A DNA stretch of 63,755 bases, the filler included, from Octopus bimaculoides (Eukaryota), in NCBI RefSeq assembly GCF_001194135.2. It is 6 parts of 6 records of this genome, joined end to end, with 100 filler letters (N's around TTAATTAATTAA, not from the genome) between each part and the next. Parts side by side here need not be neighbours in the genome. Positions count along the whole stretch, not along the records: positions 25,359 to 55,212 come from NC_068988.1; positions 55,313 to 63,755 come from NC_068981.1; 4 more parts are not named here. One strand, written 5' to 3'. The notes below the pieces were generated by a model. That model saw only the letters and a program-made list of their open reading frames with translations. It searched no databases and had not been told where the DNA came from. The stretch's first letter is position 1. Every line of letters starts with the position of its first letter. The translations under genes and the position numbers were made by a program. Positions 50,140-62,356 of this stretch are shown piece by piece.

Positions 50140-51359
50140 GTAAGCTGAAATATGTCTGATGATACTTTAATTCATGTAGCGACTATAATATCAACTTCAG
50201 TTCTTATCGTGATCTATATAATCCATGTTTCTCTCACTCGCTTAATGTAAGAGATAATACCAAATTTCAAGGTATTGTGACTTTATTATCTGTAAATGCG
50301 AAACACCTATAGAAAGGTGTAATAAATAGACGCATGGCTCAAACAAGTTAATCGATAAACTGCCTGGAACATTTCGTAAGTTGCTTTAGGGTTCTTCCCC
50401 AGTGTAACACAAAGACTTATCAGATAGTAGACCGCCACATTGTCTCTATGTCCCCATTGCATTCTGTAAACCAATCAACATTGACCAGTGATGTTTCGTA
50501 GGATGATTTCAAATTGCTGTTACGTAAGAGTAATTGGCAAAGAGGAATGAATATTCCATAAATTAAATATTAATATTACCATTCCCATTCTGAATTAACA
50601 CATTGTCAATTACTATTTGGAGACTTAATTCATACAAATTCATATAAAATCCTCCTATAAGGCACTGACGACATATTATAATTTATATCCATAATTGTTA
50701 CAAGTGTAATTAATAATATAACTGTCAGGGAAATGAAGTTTTCATTACAAGCCCTACTCAATTAACCGAAAATTGACCCTGCAAATTATCTAACCTCACG
50801 TTTTATGACACAATATCTGCTAATGATACCTCTCGTTTCAGTGTTCATATAGGACTAATTACATTCATATTAAAGCATATCCTTTGGAAGATGCTTTGGA
50901 AGATGCTTTAAAACATATTATGATGTATGTCTTATCAAGAAAGTAATCTCACGTTAATGAGACGACATCTGGGAAAAATCCATGCATGTACTCAGTTTTT
51001 GAAAAACATAGGCTGTTAATTACATTATGTAACAGTAGCAAATGTTTTGGAAAATACTTTCTTCTGGTTTAATGAAACACAGGCAAACACGCACGTACAC
51101 ACATGCTCACAAACACACAACAACACCAACCACAACGGGTGAAGTGGATTAATAAATCTGGGCAGATATTTAAAAAGTATTCAGTCTTAAGCGAACTGGT
51201 TTATCTAAATCAAAAACTTAGATAAAAAAAATATTCGTTGCTAATGTGTGGTGAAATCAGGTAATGATGCAATTTTCTCCACTCCTCATGTTATTTATAT
51301 ACGCGTACACACATACAGACATACATTTGTGTGTGTGTGTGTGTCTGTGTGTGTGTGTA

Positions 51360-51404
<45 letters not shown>

Positions 51405-52269
51405 GTGTGTGTGTTTGTGCGTGTATACTCTCAAGCACTCCCGCAATGAATCATTATAGCTAATGTACATAAAATTACTTCTCATCGATCATTACTTCAC
51501 TCCTGCACAAAAGATGAATTCGTAAAGTCTAAATAAATAACAATATACTGTTAATAAGAGGCTACATTATAGAATACTTTACGCACAAAATAACAATACC
51601 TAGTAAAGTTATCGACAAAACAACTATAAAGGGAAAACGTTTACGTTTCAATGTATAAACTTAATGCTCTAACTCCAACAGCTCATATCGTTTTACCTTC
51701 AATAAAACTGTCATGCGCAATGCAAATACCACAAATGCATTAACAGAAACAGAATCAATAAATGTCATTATACGACAATGAACATTTCACAGGCACTCAC
51801 ATTCTTCTACACTATAGAGACTTATTAATTCTAACACTCATAACTTGACTTAATCTCTGCAACTTGAGTTGCAGAAATAGAGAAAACTGACCCGTAGTAT
51901 TAAGTGTCTCCCAAAAGATATAACAGCCCACAATACACACGAATACTTATGTATATCAGAATTACATCTCACTAATTCGAGAGTAGCTTCACTGAATAAA
52001 CACGAATTTACATCGAATGACCGGTAGGTGTTCATCCAACCTGCATTTAGGACATTAACATAAAAATAAAATGCATGAGCTAAACAATATTATATGCCCA
52101 AATCATATTCCGAGACTGATCGAATCTTAAACATCATCCTGTAACTGGAAGTATGCTTCACAAAAATCATAGCTCAAAAAGCACTCAGGGAAAAAAAAAA
52201 CATATTTTAATAAAAAGGCAATATATACCTTATAAAAATTTCAATTATCAATATTGATTCCAAATTTTA

Positions 52270-52640
52270 GTAGAAGGCCAGAAATACGAGTGGCGAGATA
52301 ACTGTGTTACATCGAACCCGGTATTGAACGCGTACCTATTTTATCGACCCTCAACTGATGAAGAGCAAGGTCCACTTCGGCTGAATTTGAACTCAGAAGG
52401 TAAAGATGTACGAAATACCACAAATAATGTTTTCCCAGTTTCTTAACGCTTCTCAAAGCGTATCGCTATGTTTGAACTATTAATATTAGGCTGAGAGAAA
52501 GGCAGCAATTTCGGGAGGACAGTAACTCGATTACATCGACCCCAGTTTTCGGCTGGTATTTAGTTTATCGGCCCCAAAATGATGGAAGAGGCATTTAATC
52601 TAACAAAGTAATGACAGACGAAGCAACACCGCTCAGCATA
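52270..52640 (-). mobile_element. Two diverged SINE family D copies
   Basis: TTTTATCGACCC...GAATTTGAACTCAGAAGGTAAAG and a second TCGATTACATCGACCCCAG...TTTATCGGCCCC unit. Confidence 0.7.
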
Positions 52641-52863
52641 TACATATATATATACAAATTAAAAGGGTAAAGGATTATCAATTTATTAATTAATAAATCA
52701 ATTAACAATTAATAATTTTTACCAAGCCTATCGGTATGAAAGCACCATAATTGGTGGAGAACTTATTTAAAAGCTCATATATATTTATAAATATAATTAA
52801 GGGATCGGGATTCTCAGCTTTTTTAGCTGCTATTTCTGAACTTCGGTATATGGTGAAGCAAAC

Positions 52864-52898
<35 letters not shown>

Positions 52899-53895
52899 AA
52901 ATATACAAGAAATGAGGGCAGGGAATCGTCAATTAATAATAGAATTAACAATTAACAATTTTGCCAAGTAGTTCAGTATGAAATAAACCTTTATCNNNNN
53001 NNNNNNNNNNNNNNNNNNNNNNNNNNNNNNNNNNNNNNNNNNNNNNNNNNNNNNNNNNNNNNNNNNNNNNNNNNNNNNNNNNNNNNNNNNNNNNNNNNNN
53101 NNNNNNNNNNNNNNNNNNNNNNNNNNNNNNNNNNNNNNNNNNNNNNNNNNNNNNNNNNNNNNNNNNNNNNNNNNNNNNNNNNNNNNNNNNNNNNNNNNNN
53201 NNNNNNNNNNNNNNNNNNNNNNNNNNNNNNNNNNNNNNNNNNNNNNNNNNNNNNNNNNNNNNNNNNNNNNNNNNNNNNNNNNNNNNNNNNNNNNNNNNNN
53301 NNNNNNNNNNNNNNNNNNNNNNNNNNNNNNNNNNNNNNNNNNNNNNNNNNNNNNNNNNNNNNNNNNNNNNNNNNNNNNNNNNNNNNNNNNNNNNNNNNNN
53401 NNNNNNNNNNNNNNNNNNNNNNNNNNNNNNNNNNNNNNNNNNNNNNNNNNNNNNNNNNNNNNNNNNNNNNNNNNNNNNNNNNNNNNNNNNNNNNNNNNNN
53501 NNNNNNNNNNNNNNNNNNNNNNNNNNNNNNNNNNNNNNNNNNNNNNNNNNNNNNNNNNNNNNNNNNNNNNNNNNNNNNNNNNNNNNNNNNNNNNNNNNNN
53601 NNNNNNNNNNNNNNNNNNNNNNNNNNNNNNNNNNNNNNNNNNNNNNNNNNNNNNNNNNNNNNNNNNNNNNNNNNNNNNNNNNNNNNNNNNNNNNNNNNNN
53701 NNNNNNNNNNNNNNNNNNNNNNNNNNNNNNNNNNNNNNNNNNNNNNNNNNNNNNNNNNNNNNNNNNNNNNNNNNNNNNNNNNNNNNNNNNNNNNNNNNNN
53801 NNNNNNNNNNNNNNNNNNNNNNNNNNNNNNNNNNNNNNNNNNNNNNNNNNNNNNNNNNNNNNNNNNNNNNNNNNNNNNNNNNNNNNNNNNNNNNN

Positions 53896-53977
<82 letters not shown>

Positions 53978-54904
53978 GTTTCACTCGAGCTACGGATAAG
54001 TAAATCTTTGAACATAAGCTTACACATTTTTATTACATATCAACAATGCTAATATGCATCTGAGCGTGCGGGCAAACTCGCGTGCGGGTGTGAATGTGTG
54101 TGTTTGTCTGCGCATGTGCGTGTGTGCGCGCCTGCATGTTACTTGAGTGTGGGTTTGTGTGCGTTTGCCGAAATATTGTATAGCATAAGGAATGTATCAA
54201 TTATGGAGATGAAATAGGGAGCAGTATTGTTCAAACTTTAGATAAATGACTTGCTTTTGTAAATATTGGAAATATATTGTAGGATATTAGTGTATCCTTT
54301 GAAATAGATTATGGTTCTGCTTAAATGAATTAACGGTGCTGGCGAAACGCAATTATATTTGTGTTATAGGTCATATCACCATTTTAATTGATTACACCAC
54401 ATAGCATAAACCTTCAGTTAAGGGCCGTGGTAATTAATTACGCAAAGTTAATTGCACATGAATTGAAAGGGAAATTTCTTGGGCATAAAATTTCATACAA
54501 TATATACTAGGTATCGAACAAACATATCCATGCTTTATTATAACACCGAGATTTTATCTTTCAAATCACATGAACATGGTTTCCATTTGGTAAAACATCG
54601 GAAATATATAGTGTTATGTACAAATGATTTTGTTATTATTGGTGTCCATATTAAGGAAATGTCTAGCCTAAATTAAGATTTAGTAAAAAGGCTGTTCATT
54701 TTCTAAAGATTTAATGGATGCTTAAAAATTATCAATGCATAGACACAGTATGACATCATATTCACCAGAAACAAACAGAAAATATTAATAGAATCATGTT
54801 CAACAGTTCTTGATTACTAATATATTTTAAGGTAGCTTCACCTGAGACATATAAAAATATATTCGTAATTTAAAAACATGTAGGATCATAACAATACAGC
54901 TTTT

Positions 54905-55065
54905 CTCTTTTTATCCTTTACTGGTTTCAGTCATTAGACTGTAGACATGCTGGAGCACTGCCTTAAGGAATTTTAGTCGAATGGATTGTCCCCCACCCAC
55001 ACACCAAGGATGTATTTAAAACCTATTACCTATTCTACCGCGGTTTCTTTTCCAGAACCGCTAAT
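54905..55065 (-). mobile_element. SINE family C 3' part (CpG-decayed)
   Basis: TTTTACTGGTTTCAGTCATTAGACTGTAGACATGCTGGAGCACTGCC. Confidence 0.7.
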
Positions 55066-55142
55066 GCTGGTGCTGACTGCAAATTATCGCACAGAACACA
55101 ACCCAACACGATCTATCTCACAACCGTGTTTACAATCGTAAG

Positions 55143-55212
<70 letters not shown>

Positions 55213-55312
55213 NNNNNNNNNNNNNNNNNNNNNNNNNNNNNNNNNNNNNNNNNNNNTTAATTAATTAANNNNNNNNNNNNNNNNNNNNNNNNNNNNNNNN
55301 NNNNNNNNNNNN

Positions 55313-55560
55313 CCATGCGAACACATTTCTCTCCTACAACATCACTATTCTCTCTCCTACACTGTCTTGCAACACGAAATACCTCGAGTCTTTGGTCCTC
55401 ACGGCGCAGAACATTGGCAAATCTTTTCTTATCTGCTTCCCCTCTGGCTAAATAAACCTGTCGCCTAGCCTCCCTTCTGGCACATTGGTACAATTCCCTG
55501 CTACCACCGTTCTTCCAGTCCTTCCAAGCCTGTTTCTTTTGTCTAATAGCCCTGTCTACC
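55313..55560 (-). mobile_element. RTE-clade LINE fragment (linker between endonuclease and RT)
   Basis: EVDRAIRQKKQAWKDWKNGGSRELYQCARREARRQVYLARGEADKKRFANVLRREDQRLEVFRVARQCRRENSDVVGEKCVR; cut by a scaffold gap. Confidence 0.8.
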
Positions 55561-56324
55561 TCCTTGTTCCACCACCACGTTACTCTGGGTCGGGAGGGGA
55601 CCTTACACCACCCACAAATCTGGTCGGTGGCCTTTACAAAATAAATAGGTTATTATTAGGATTAAAAAAAAAGTCAAAGTTGTTAGAAACAAAAATTAGA
55701 ATAGGAAGTGTTAAAAATGATTGTCTCAAAAGGTGTTTGACTCCTGCTTTAAACAAACATAATATGGTGGAAATGGTTAGTTTAAACTAGACATGAGACA
55801 GGAGAATTTGAACCTAAACTGTAAACTAAATTATTGTAGTCTTTATAGCAGGTAAGCTGTATCTATCTCTGGACAGTATCTTTTTTGGACAGTTTATGAC
55901 TAAGAAGTTTCTTGGCTCTGGACTCATTGAAACATTGGTAGTTGGAATATAAAGAAATATTAGATCTTCAGCCAAGAGTTTGAAGGCTACATTGAATTAA
56001 TGCTATTTAATAAACTACATTAAAGAAAATTTTATGAATTCTATGAAAAAAATAAGATCATAAAAATTGATGAATGAAGTTATGTGCTTATTCTTTTATA
56101 GACAATTTGTAACAATTTAAAAACATTATCATAAATATAATACTGTGTGTTATTTATGTAAAATCCAGATTTCTTCTAGAAGGCCATACTTAAAGGTATC
56201 GGAGGTTTAATACAGCCTTGAGTTGCCTGTTTTAAATAAAATATAATGAAATTGTTTGATTTATTTATAATAGAATTATTTGATCATTGATTTTATTTTC
56301 TTGCAAATATTGAGGTAAATGAAA

Positions 56325-56545
56325 CTATTATCATCATCAATTTACATTTGCTTTCTATGCTGGTATGGGATGAATGAGTCATCATGATCCAAGTTGTTTC
56401 CCAAAGGAAACAACAGCTCCAAAGACTAGGTGTTCATATGTGTCTTTTGGCTTGATCTCTACAGCTGGATGCTTTTCCTAATGTCAACCACTTCTATATA
56501 TTGTATTGGCTGCATTTACTCATGACACTGATACTAGAGAGATTT
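56325..56545 (-). mobile_element. Decayed RTE-type 3'UTR with (GAT)n tail
   Basis: CATCATCATC...TCTACAGCTGGATGCTTTTCCTAATGTCAACCAC is homologous to 62357-62510. Confidence 0.6.
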
Positions 56546-56739
56546 AATAGTCTTTGGTAACACTAAAGGGACCTTATAAACTTACACTTTCTCTGTTCAT
56601 TTAGCCAACTACTTTACAATGTTAGCAGAGGTGGTGGGGCTGTGTACACAGTAAACATAAATTTGAAGCAGGAACAATGATGACAGAAAGGCTAGAAATG
56701 GTTATTAGAGAGATGAGGATAGGGGAGTAAATGTAGGTA

Positions 56740-57270
56740 CATAGAGTACGCAATAAATTCAGGTGTGTGCATTTATACTGGTGACTAAGAAAGGGAATTG
56801 AAGAGAAAGAACTATGACTTTAGAAGGACCAGAGTGGGTAGGAGTGTGATGGTATAGAGAAGAAGACTACGATAGAAAGAAAACAGGGACATGTAGAGGT
56901 GTTCAAGAAAAGAGGAAGGGCTGGGCAAAAACAAGTGAACTAAGGTAGGTGATGAGATAGGCAAGTGTATGGAGGGGTAGCAAAAGAGGTAGCTCAGAGG
57001 AGAGTGGTTGCTAGCAGCACAGTACGGTGAAGTTAGAGTGTATTAAAGTGGGAGATGATGGTGGCCGAATGCTGCCCCTTAAATTTAGGTTTGCTGAAGG
57101 GCAAGTGAGGATGGTGTGGTCAACATAAATTTTGGAAAGGTGAGACAAGTTTTGGAAGGCTATCAGCAAGAAAGGGGTTGAACAAAAGGTTGCTAGGTTT
57201 GAGTGTCTAGGATGTAAGGTGAGTGAGAGTGCATCAAATCTAGGTCTAACTGGGACAAACATTGCAGTTT
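56740..57270 (-). mobile_element. Possible I/Nimb-type LINE 3' end
   Basis: PRFDALSLTLHPRHSNL...YVDHTILTCPS resembles the R.E...LTRLR.GH...T..H.L..CP C-terminal motif; followed by a pyrimidine-rich 3'UTR-like stretch. Confidence 0.35.
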
Positions 57271-58689
57271 CTAAGCACTAACTTTTTGTTAGAGTATTGC
57301 TATGGATAAGCTTTTTACAGCACCAAATGTAGTCCTTTGTCATCTTCATATGATGCAGCATCTTCAAGGTAGCATTCACCACTTCATTCCAAGTGAGAGA
57401 GAGGAAAATAATACTGAAGAATAAGATTATTGGGAAATATCAAAGAGAAATGGAAGTTAGTAAAATTACAACAAGCAAAGCCAAAGGAAGAAGATAATGC
57501 AAAGTTTCATAAACTTTCAGAAAGTAATGATAAAGGGTGATTTCAAAGGGGAAGCCAATTATTAAAAACAGAATTCAACTTGTTTTAAACCAACTGGAAT
57601 ATTGAGTTGCATCCCTTTCCATCAAAAACAGTATGTAGAGTTTCATCTACGTAATATTGACCTCAATTTAAGAAATCAACAAATATACACATACATTTTT
57701 GTCATTAATTCATGTGTCTGTCTGTCTATGATTTTAGTTTTAGATTGGCTGAAGAAGAGATAATCTCATTATTAAACAAGGTTATTAACATCCATTAACA
57801 CAAAGATTTGTTTTTAGTGAGATTAAATTGACAAATAAAACGAAGGGAAGTTTACAGCAACATTTCGTTTTTAATTTTTATAGATTATTGTTTTGCTTGA
57901 AAGTTGTCTGACAACTGTCTACTGATTTAGGTCAAAAGAACCAGGAAGCTAACTACTCATAATGAATCAAATAGCAACAGAAGTTGTCACAGCCTTCAAA
58001 GTTTTGTATATGCATCTAATCTGTCCTTCAAAATTCAACTTTCTATCTGCCTTGTTGCTAATACATTGATCTTGTGCAAAACACTTTAGTCCCAGAATAT
58101 ATCTGTATATAATTTATTTAAGATAAAGTATATATTTATTTAACTTTTAAACTATATTCATTTAGTTACATTTTTTTCTATGGCGTTGTCTGGAGGTAGC
58201 AGCTTATTCTCTGATCAAACTGAGGAAACAGTTTCCATTGATTTTTTTCCATTGCTGATACGATCTGTCAGATGCAAATGCTAATACAAGTGTCACTGTT
58301 TACTTTTCCCTTTGTCTTTTTCCCCCAGTAACAGGAGGTGGCATTTGAATTTACAATGCATAGAGCCAGAACATACTGCCTGATGTTCTAATAATTCTAT
58401 CAACCCACTGCCCTATATTGTTCCTTTATCAACATGAAAGCCCTAATTGATCTCAGTGCAATTTGAACTCAGAAGACAGAAAATCAGGACATAGACCACA
58501 AAACCGCCCATCTGACACTATAAAAAAACTTTTCTAATTGTTTAGTCATTCATTGTTATCCACTCTGAATAAAGGAGAAAGGCAAGAAAAAATGAAACAT
58601 TACTTTAATGGTTATGAATATCATAAAATGATGGTAATAATCTAGCCAGCAACACCACTTTTGTTTTTTTTAGTTAGTGGTCTAACTGG

Positions 58690-59072
58690 GGAATTGAACA
58701 GTTCATGTGTTTTTGAATATCTGCAGAAACCAAACATGGGTGGAAATGAAATTGGGTTGCACCTTTAGAGATGAAAGTTTAGGCAGAGTGTTTGATTAGT
58801 ATAAGAACAGGGATCTTGTGTCACTGAAAGATGATATAAAATACGTCAAGTGCACTTCAGTGAAAAGAATATGCTAATAGCTAGTTCAAAGAAGCTGAGG
58901 CTGACATTGTAGCAGTAAAAGGAGTAGAGAGGTGGATATGCCTGTAAGTCAGTGGGATTATGGTGTGTTATTGAGTGAATCTTTGTAAATCAGTTGAATG
59001 ACCTTCTAAGATGTGGTCAAGAATGTTTGAGAGTGTAATAGCAGTTCCATCCCATGTATGTGAACTTTGGCA
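58690..59072 (-). mobile_element. CR1/L2-group LINE 3' remnant
   Basis: HTWDG...NILDHI, then LYSFYCYN..ELA and a decayed SF.P...P.HVF...K.H.N end. Confidence 0.55.
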
Positions 59073-59429
59073 AAAATACAATGTCGCTCTCACTTGACAT
59101 TAGACGGCATTTGTAGGCTATACACCTGTCTTTTGTCTCAAATGTTTTCTATAAAACTACTCTTTTATAGCTTATGCTGACAGGCTCTCTCTCTCTCTCT
59201 CTCTCTCTCTTGACTATCACTCTTTCAACACTGGTGTACCACAAGATATAATTATATTTCCCACATTCTTCTTTTTGCTCATAAATCACTTTCTCACTAT
59301 CAATTCTAATTACATATACACATTCCTATACAGGTACAACTAATCTTTTTGCTTTATCTTTCCACTCCACAACATGCCTTAGACACTAAACACAAAGCAA
59401 ACATTGTTTTGAAGAACATCTAAGTTAAA

Positions 59430-59780
59430 ATCATTCTCCAATGGGGATATGATAGCCTATTCTCCCTCAATATGAAGGAGACAATAGGGAACAAACACTC
59501 TCAAACAACATATGATTAAATCCATCAAAGTTACTTTAAATTCTAGACCTCAAATCCCTGATGACATCTCATGCCAACATTCCATCTATAACACAACATA
59601 AAGACTGGGCTTTCTTTTCAGAGCTAAAAGATACTACAGCTCTACAAATTTCAAGTAACTATCAAAGTACTGTTCTCATACATGGGATGGAATTGCTATT
59701 ACACTCTCAAACATTCTTGACTACATCTTAGAAGGTCGTTCAACTGTTTGACAAAGATCCACTCAATAACACCCAATAAA
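59430..59780 (+). mobile_element. CR1/L2-group LINE RT C-terminal remnant
   Basis: DDISCQHSI...RLGFLFRAKRYYS...KYCSHTWDG...NILDYI matches the DLSW..HI...LGFL.R.....EYCS.IW motif. Confidence 0.65.
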
Positions 59781-60131
59781 AAAAATGACCATCCTAAAAT
59801 ATCTGTTTCAACACACTATTTCACATTAGAAATCTTACAAAATAAATACATAAACATAAGTTTCATATTAGGTTTAGTAATTTTAAGTGAAGATAAACTA
59901 GAATGTTGGGATAACATTATTGGTAAAGTTGAAATGAATTGATCTCAATAACAAATTGAAATAAAAAGTACAGACTAACATTTCGGCCAGTCAACTTTTA
60001 ACTCTGCCATGCTTGATTTACTATTATTACCGATTGATTTATTAAATATCTTAGTCCAAATGCACTTCATAGATTTATTATTTATTGTTTATTCATTATT
60101 ACTAAATTTGATATTAGATTATTTTCGTCAA

Positions 60132-60300
60132 GGCTGCGAGCTGGCAGAATCGTTAGCACACCGGGCATAATGCATAGCGACATTTCGTCAGCCATTACGT
60201 TCTGAGTTCAAATTCCGCCGAGCTCGACTTTGCTTTTCATTCTTTCAGGGTCGATTAAATAAGTGCCAGTTAGGCACTGGATTAAGTCGATTACATCCCT
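60132..60300 (+). mobile_element. SINE family D, 5'-complete copy
   Basis: GGCTGCGAGCTGGCAGAATCGTTAGC (A box)...GAGTTCAAATTCC (B box)...CGACTTTGCTTTTCATTCTTTCAGGGTCG. Confidence 0.85.
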
Positions 60301-61214
60301 CAGCTGCCCTTGTTGCAAAAAATGAAAATTTCATATTAATTTATAAGTAATTAGGAAGAATGTAATGAAATGGCATATTTCAAGGGGTTGTAAAATTCGG
60401 GCTTTGAAAAATGGTCGAAATTTTACACGGTCGTCCCAATAAAGCTGTAGACATTTAAAAAGTTCGAAGAAAACAAGGGCAATAATTATACCCTTTTACT
60501 GTCGAAATCCTCGAGTTGTTTCCCTTCACTGCACTGAATTTAATGCCACGAGAGAAAGTGAATTCTGAAGTTTCGAGCTATACTCTTCACTGAAGAAGTA
60601 TGCTGAAATACTTTGAACAAAATTAAAGATAGTTTATAGATGACAAATCACTGACTAGAGCGACTAAACGAAAAGGAGGTGGAAGAAAAAAGGTGGTAAA
60701 ATTGGAAAAAATTATTCGAATATAGGCATGCGCTATACATAGTTATACACACAAGCTGAGTCAGAGCTTTGAAAAATTTTATTCTCAAGACAGTCGTGGC
60801 ATATCAGCATACAACTAACATATAAGTAAGTATATGCATATACATAAATAGAAGTGTAATATATACATGGATACATACATGAATACGTGTCCAAAAGAAA
60901 GACATTCAACGGATTAGCAAGTTCTCACTCACCAACTCATTCCAACCTCGATATTCACTGTCTTACTGCATCTTCTCTGCCAATTACAACAGTTTCTGAT
61001 TCTCAAAGCTAGCTAACTGCATATCAGATTCCTTATGTCATCCACTGTCTCCTCTCCCAGACGATGCACAAACCACTAACTGGATCATTTAAAAAAAATT
61101 TTTTTATTTGTGACTGTAACTTTTAGAAATTCTCCTTGAAGGACCTGTAAGCCAAAACACACATACAGCAAAATCTGTAGACGCAGCACAGTATTCAGAT
61201 ATTAAATCTTTTTT

Positions 61215-61875
61215 TTTTTTTTTTGCAGTCACTAGACTGTGGCTATGCTGGAGCACTGCTTTGAAGAATATTTTGTCGAATGAATCAACCCCAGTACTTA
61301 ATTTTGTTAAGCCTGTCGGCATCTTTTACCAGAGTGCTAAGTTATGGGAACGTAAACACACCAACACTGGTTGTCAAACGGTGGTGGGGGTAGACACTGA
61401 CACAAAAACACACACACAATATATATATANNNNNNNNNNNNNNNNNNNNNNNNNNNNNNNNNNNNNNNNNNNNNNNNNNNNNNNNNNNNNNNNNNNNNNN
61501 NNNNNNNNNNNNNNNNNNNNNNNNNNNNNNNNNNNNNNNNNNNNNNNNNNNNNNNNNNNNNNNNNNNNNNNNNNNNNNNNNNNNNNNNNNNNNNNNNNNN
61601 TTGATAGGAAGGACAACAAAAGAAAGAAAGAGACCTCGATATTATGTAAATAGAGGAATTTATCTGTAAAAATATGTGACATTTATTCGGTAGCCATGAT
61701 ATATATATATATATATATATAAAACAGGTTTCTTTCAGTTTCCATCTACCAAATCCACTCACAAGGTTTTATTTGGCCTAAGGCTATAGTAGAAGATGTT
61801 TGCCCAAGATGCCATGCAGTGGGATTGAAACCAGAACCATGTGGTTGGGAAGTAAGCTTCTTGCCACAAAACCCT
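61215..61875 (-). mobile_element. SINE family C copy split by its internal microsatellite and an assembly gap
   Basis: 3' part at 61215-61420 and 5' part at 61725-61875, both CpG-decayed. Confidence 0.75.
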
Positions 61876-62109
61876 CTAAACAATAAATTATATTAATAAA
61901 AACGAAATTGTTTTTGTCAGTCTGGTACTCCTGTATCTTAGTCTACATAGACATATTGTAACTTTTTGGAATCAGGATAATCCCAGGGCTGGAAATATGC
62001 CCTTCATTTGGTTCTTGAACAGCCAGAATTGGGTTGCTATTTCTAGCAGGTAAAGCAACCGTGTGAGGTTTCAATGCCATGGTACAACAGTTACCTCATT
62101 AGCTTTAAG

Positions 62110-62345
62110 TTTTACTAAGGAATTTGGTGCTTCTTTTTCTTTCTCGGTCATCAGATTGCAGTCACACTGGGGGAACCGCCTTGAAGAATTTTTGATCGAA
62201 GAAATCAACACTAATTCTTTCTTTTTTAAGCCTGGTACGTTTTTTATTGGCCACTTTTAGCAAACCACTAAGTTACGTGAATATAAGCACAGCAACACCA
62301 GTTATCAAGCAAAGGTGGGGAACAAACACATGCAAAGCCACAATA
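62110..62345 (-). mobile_element. SINE family C 3' part
   Basis: TTTCTCGGTCATCAGATTGCAGTCACACTGG...AAACCACTAAGTTACGTG. Confidence 0.65.
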
Positions 62346-62356
62346 CCTTATCAAAA

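Noticed and set aside
50299-50330. GAAA-CACCT-loop-AGGTG-UA, a perfect hammerhead stem III with GUA triplet
   Set aside because: No CUGANGA-like core or matching stem I upstream.
58642-58720. Minus-strand terminal-exon-like segment YSKTHELFNSPVRPLTKKNKSGVAG* after TTTCTGCAG
   Set aside because: It overlaps the decayed 3' end of the CR1/L2 relic, which explains the sequence.
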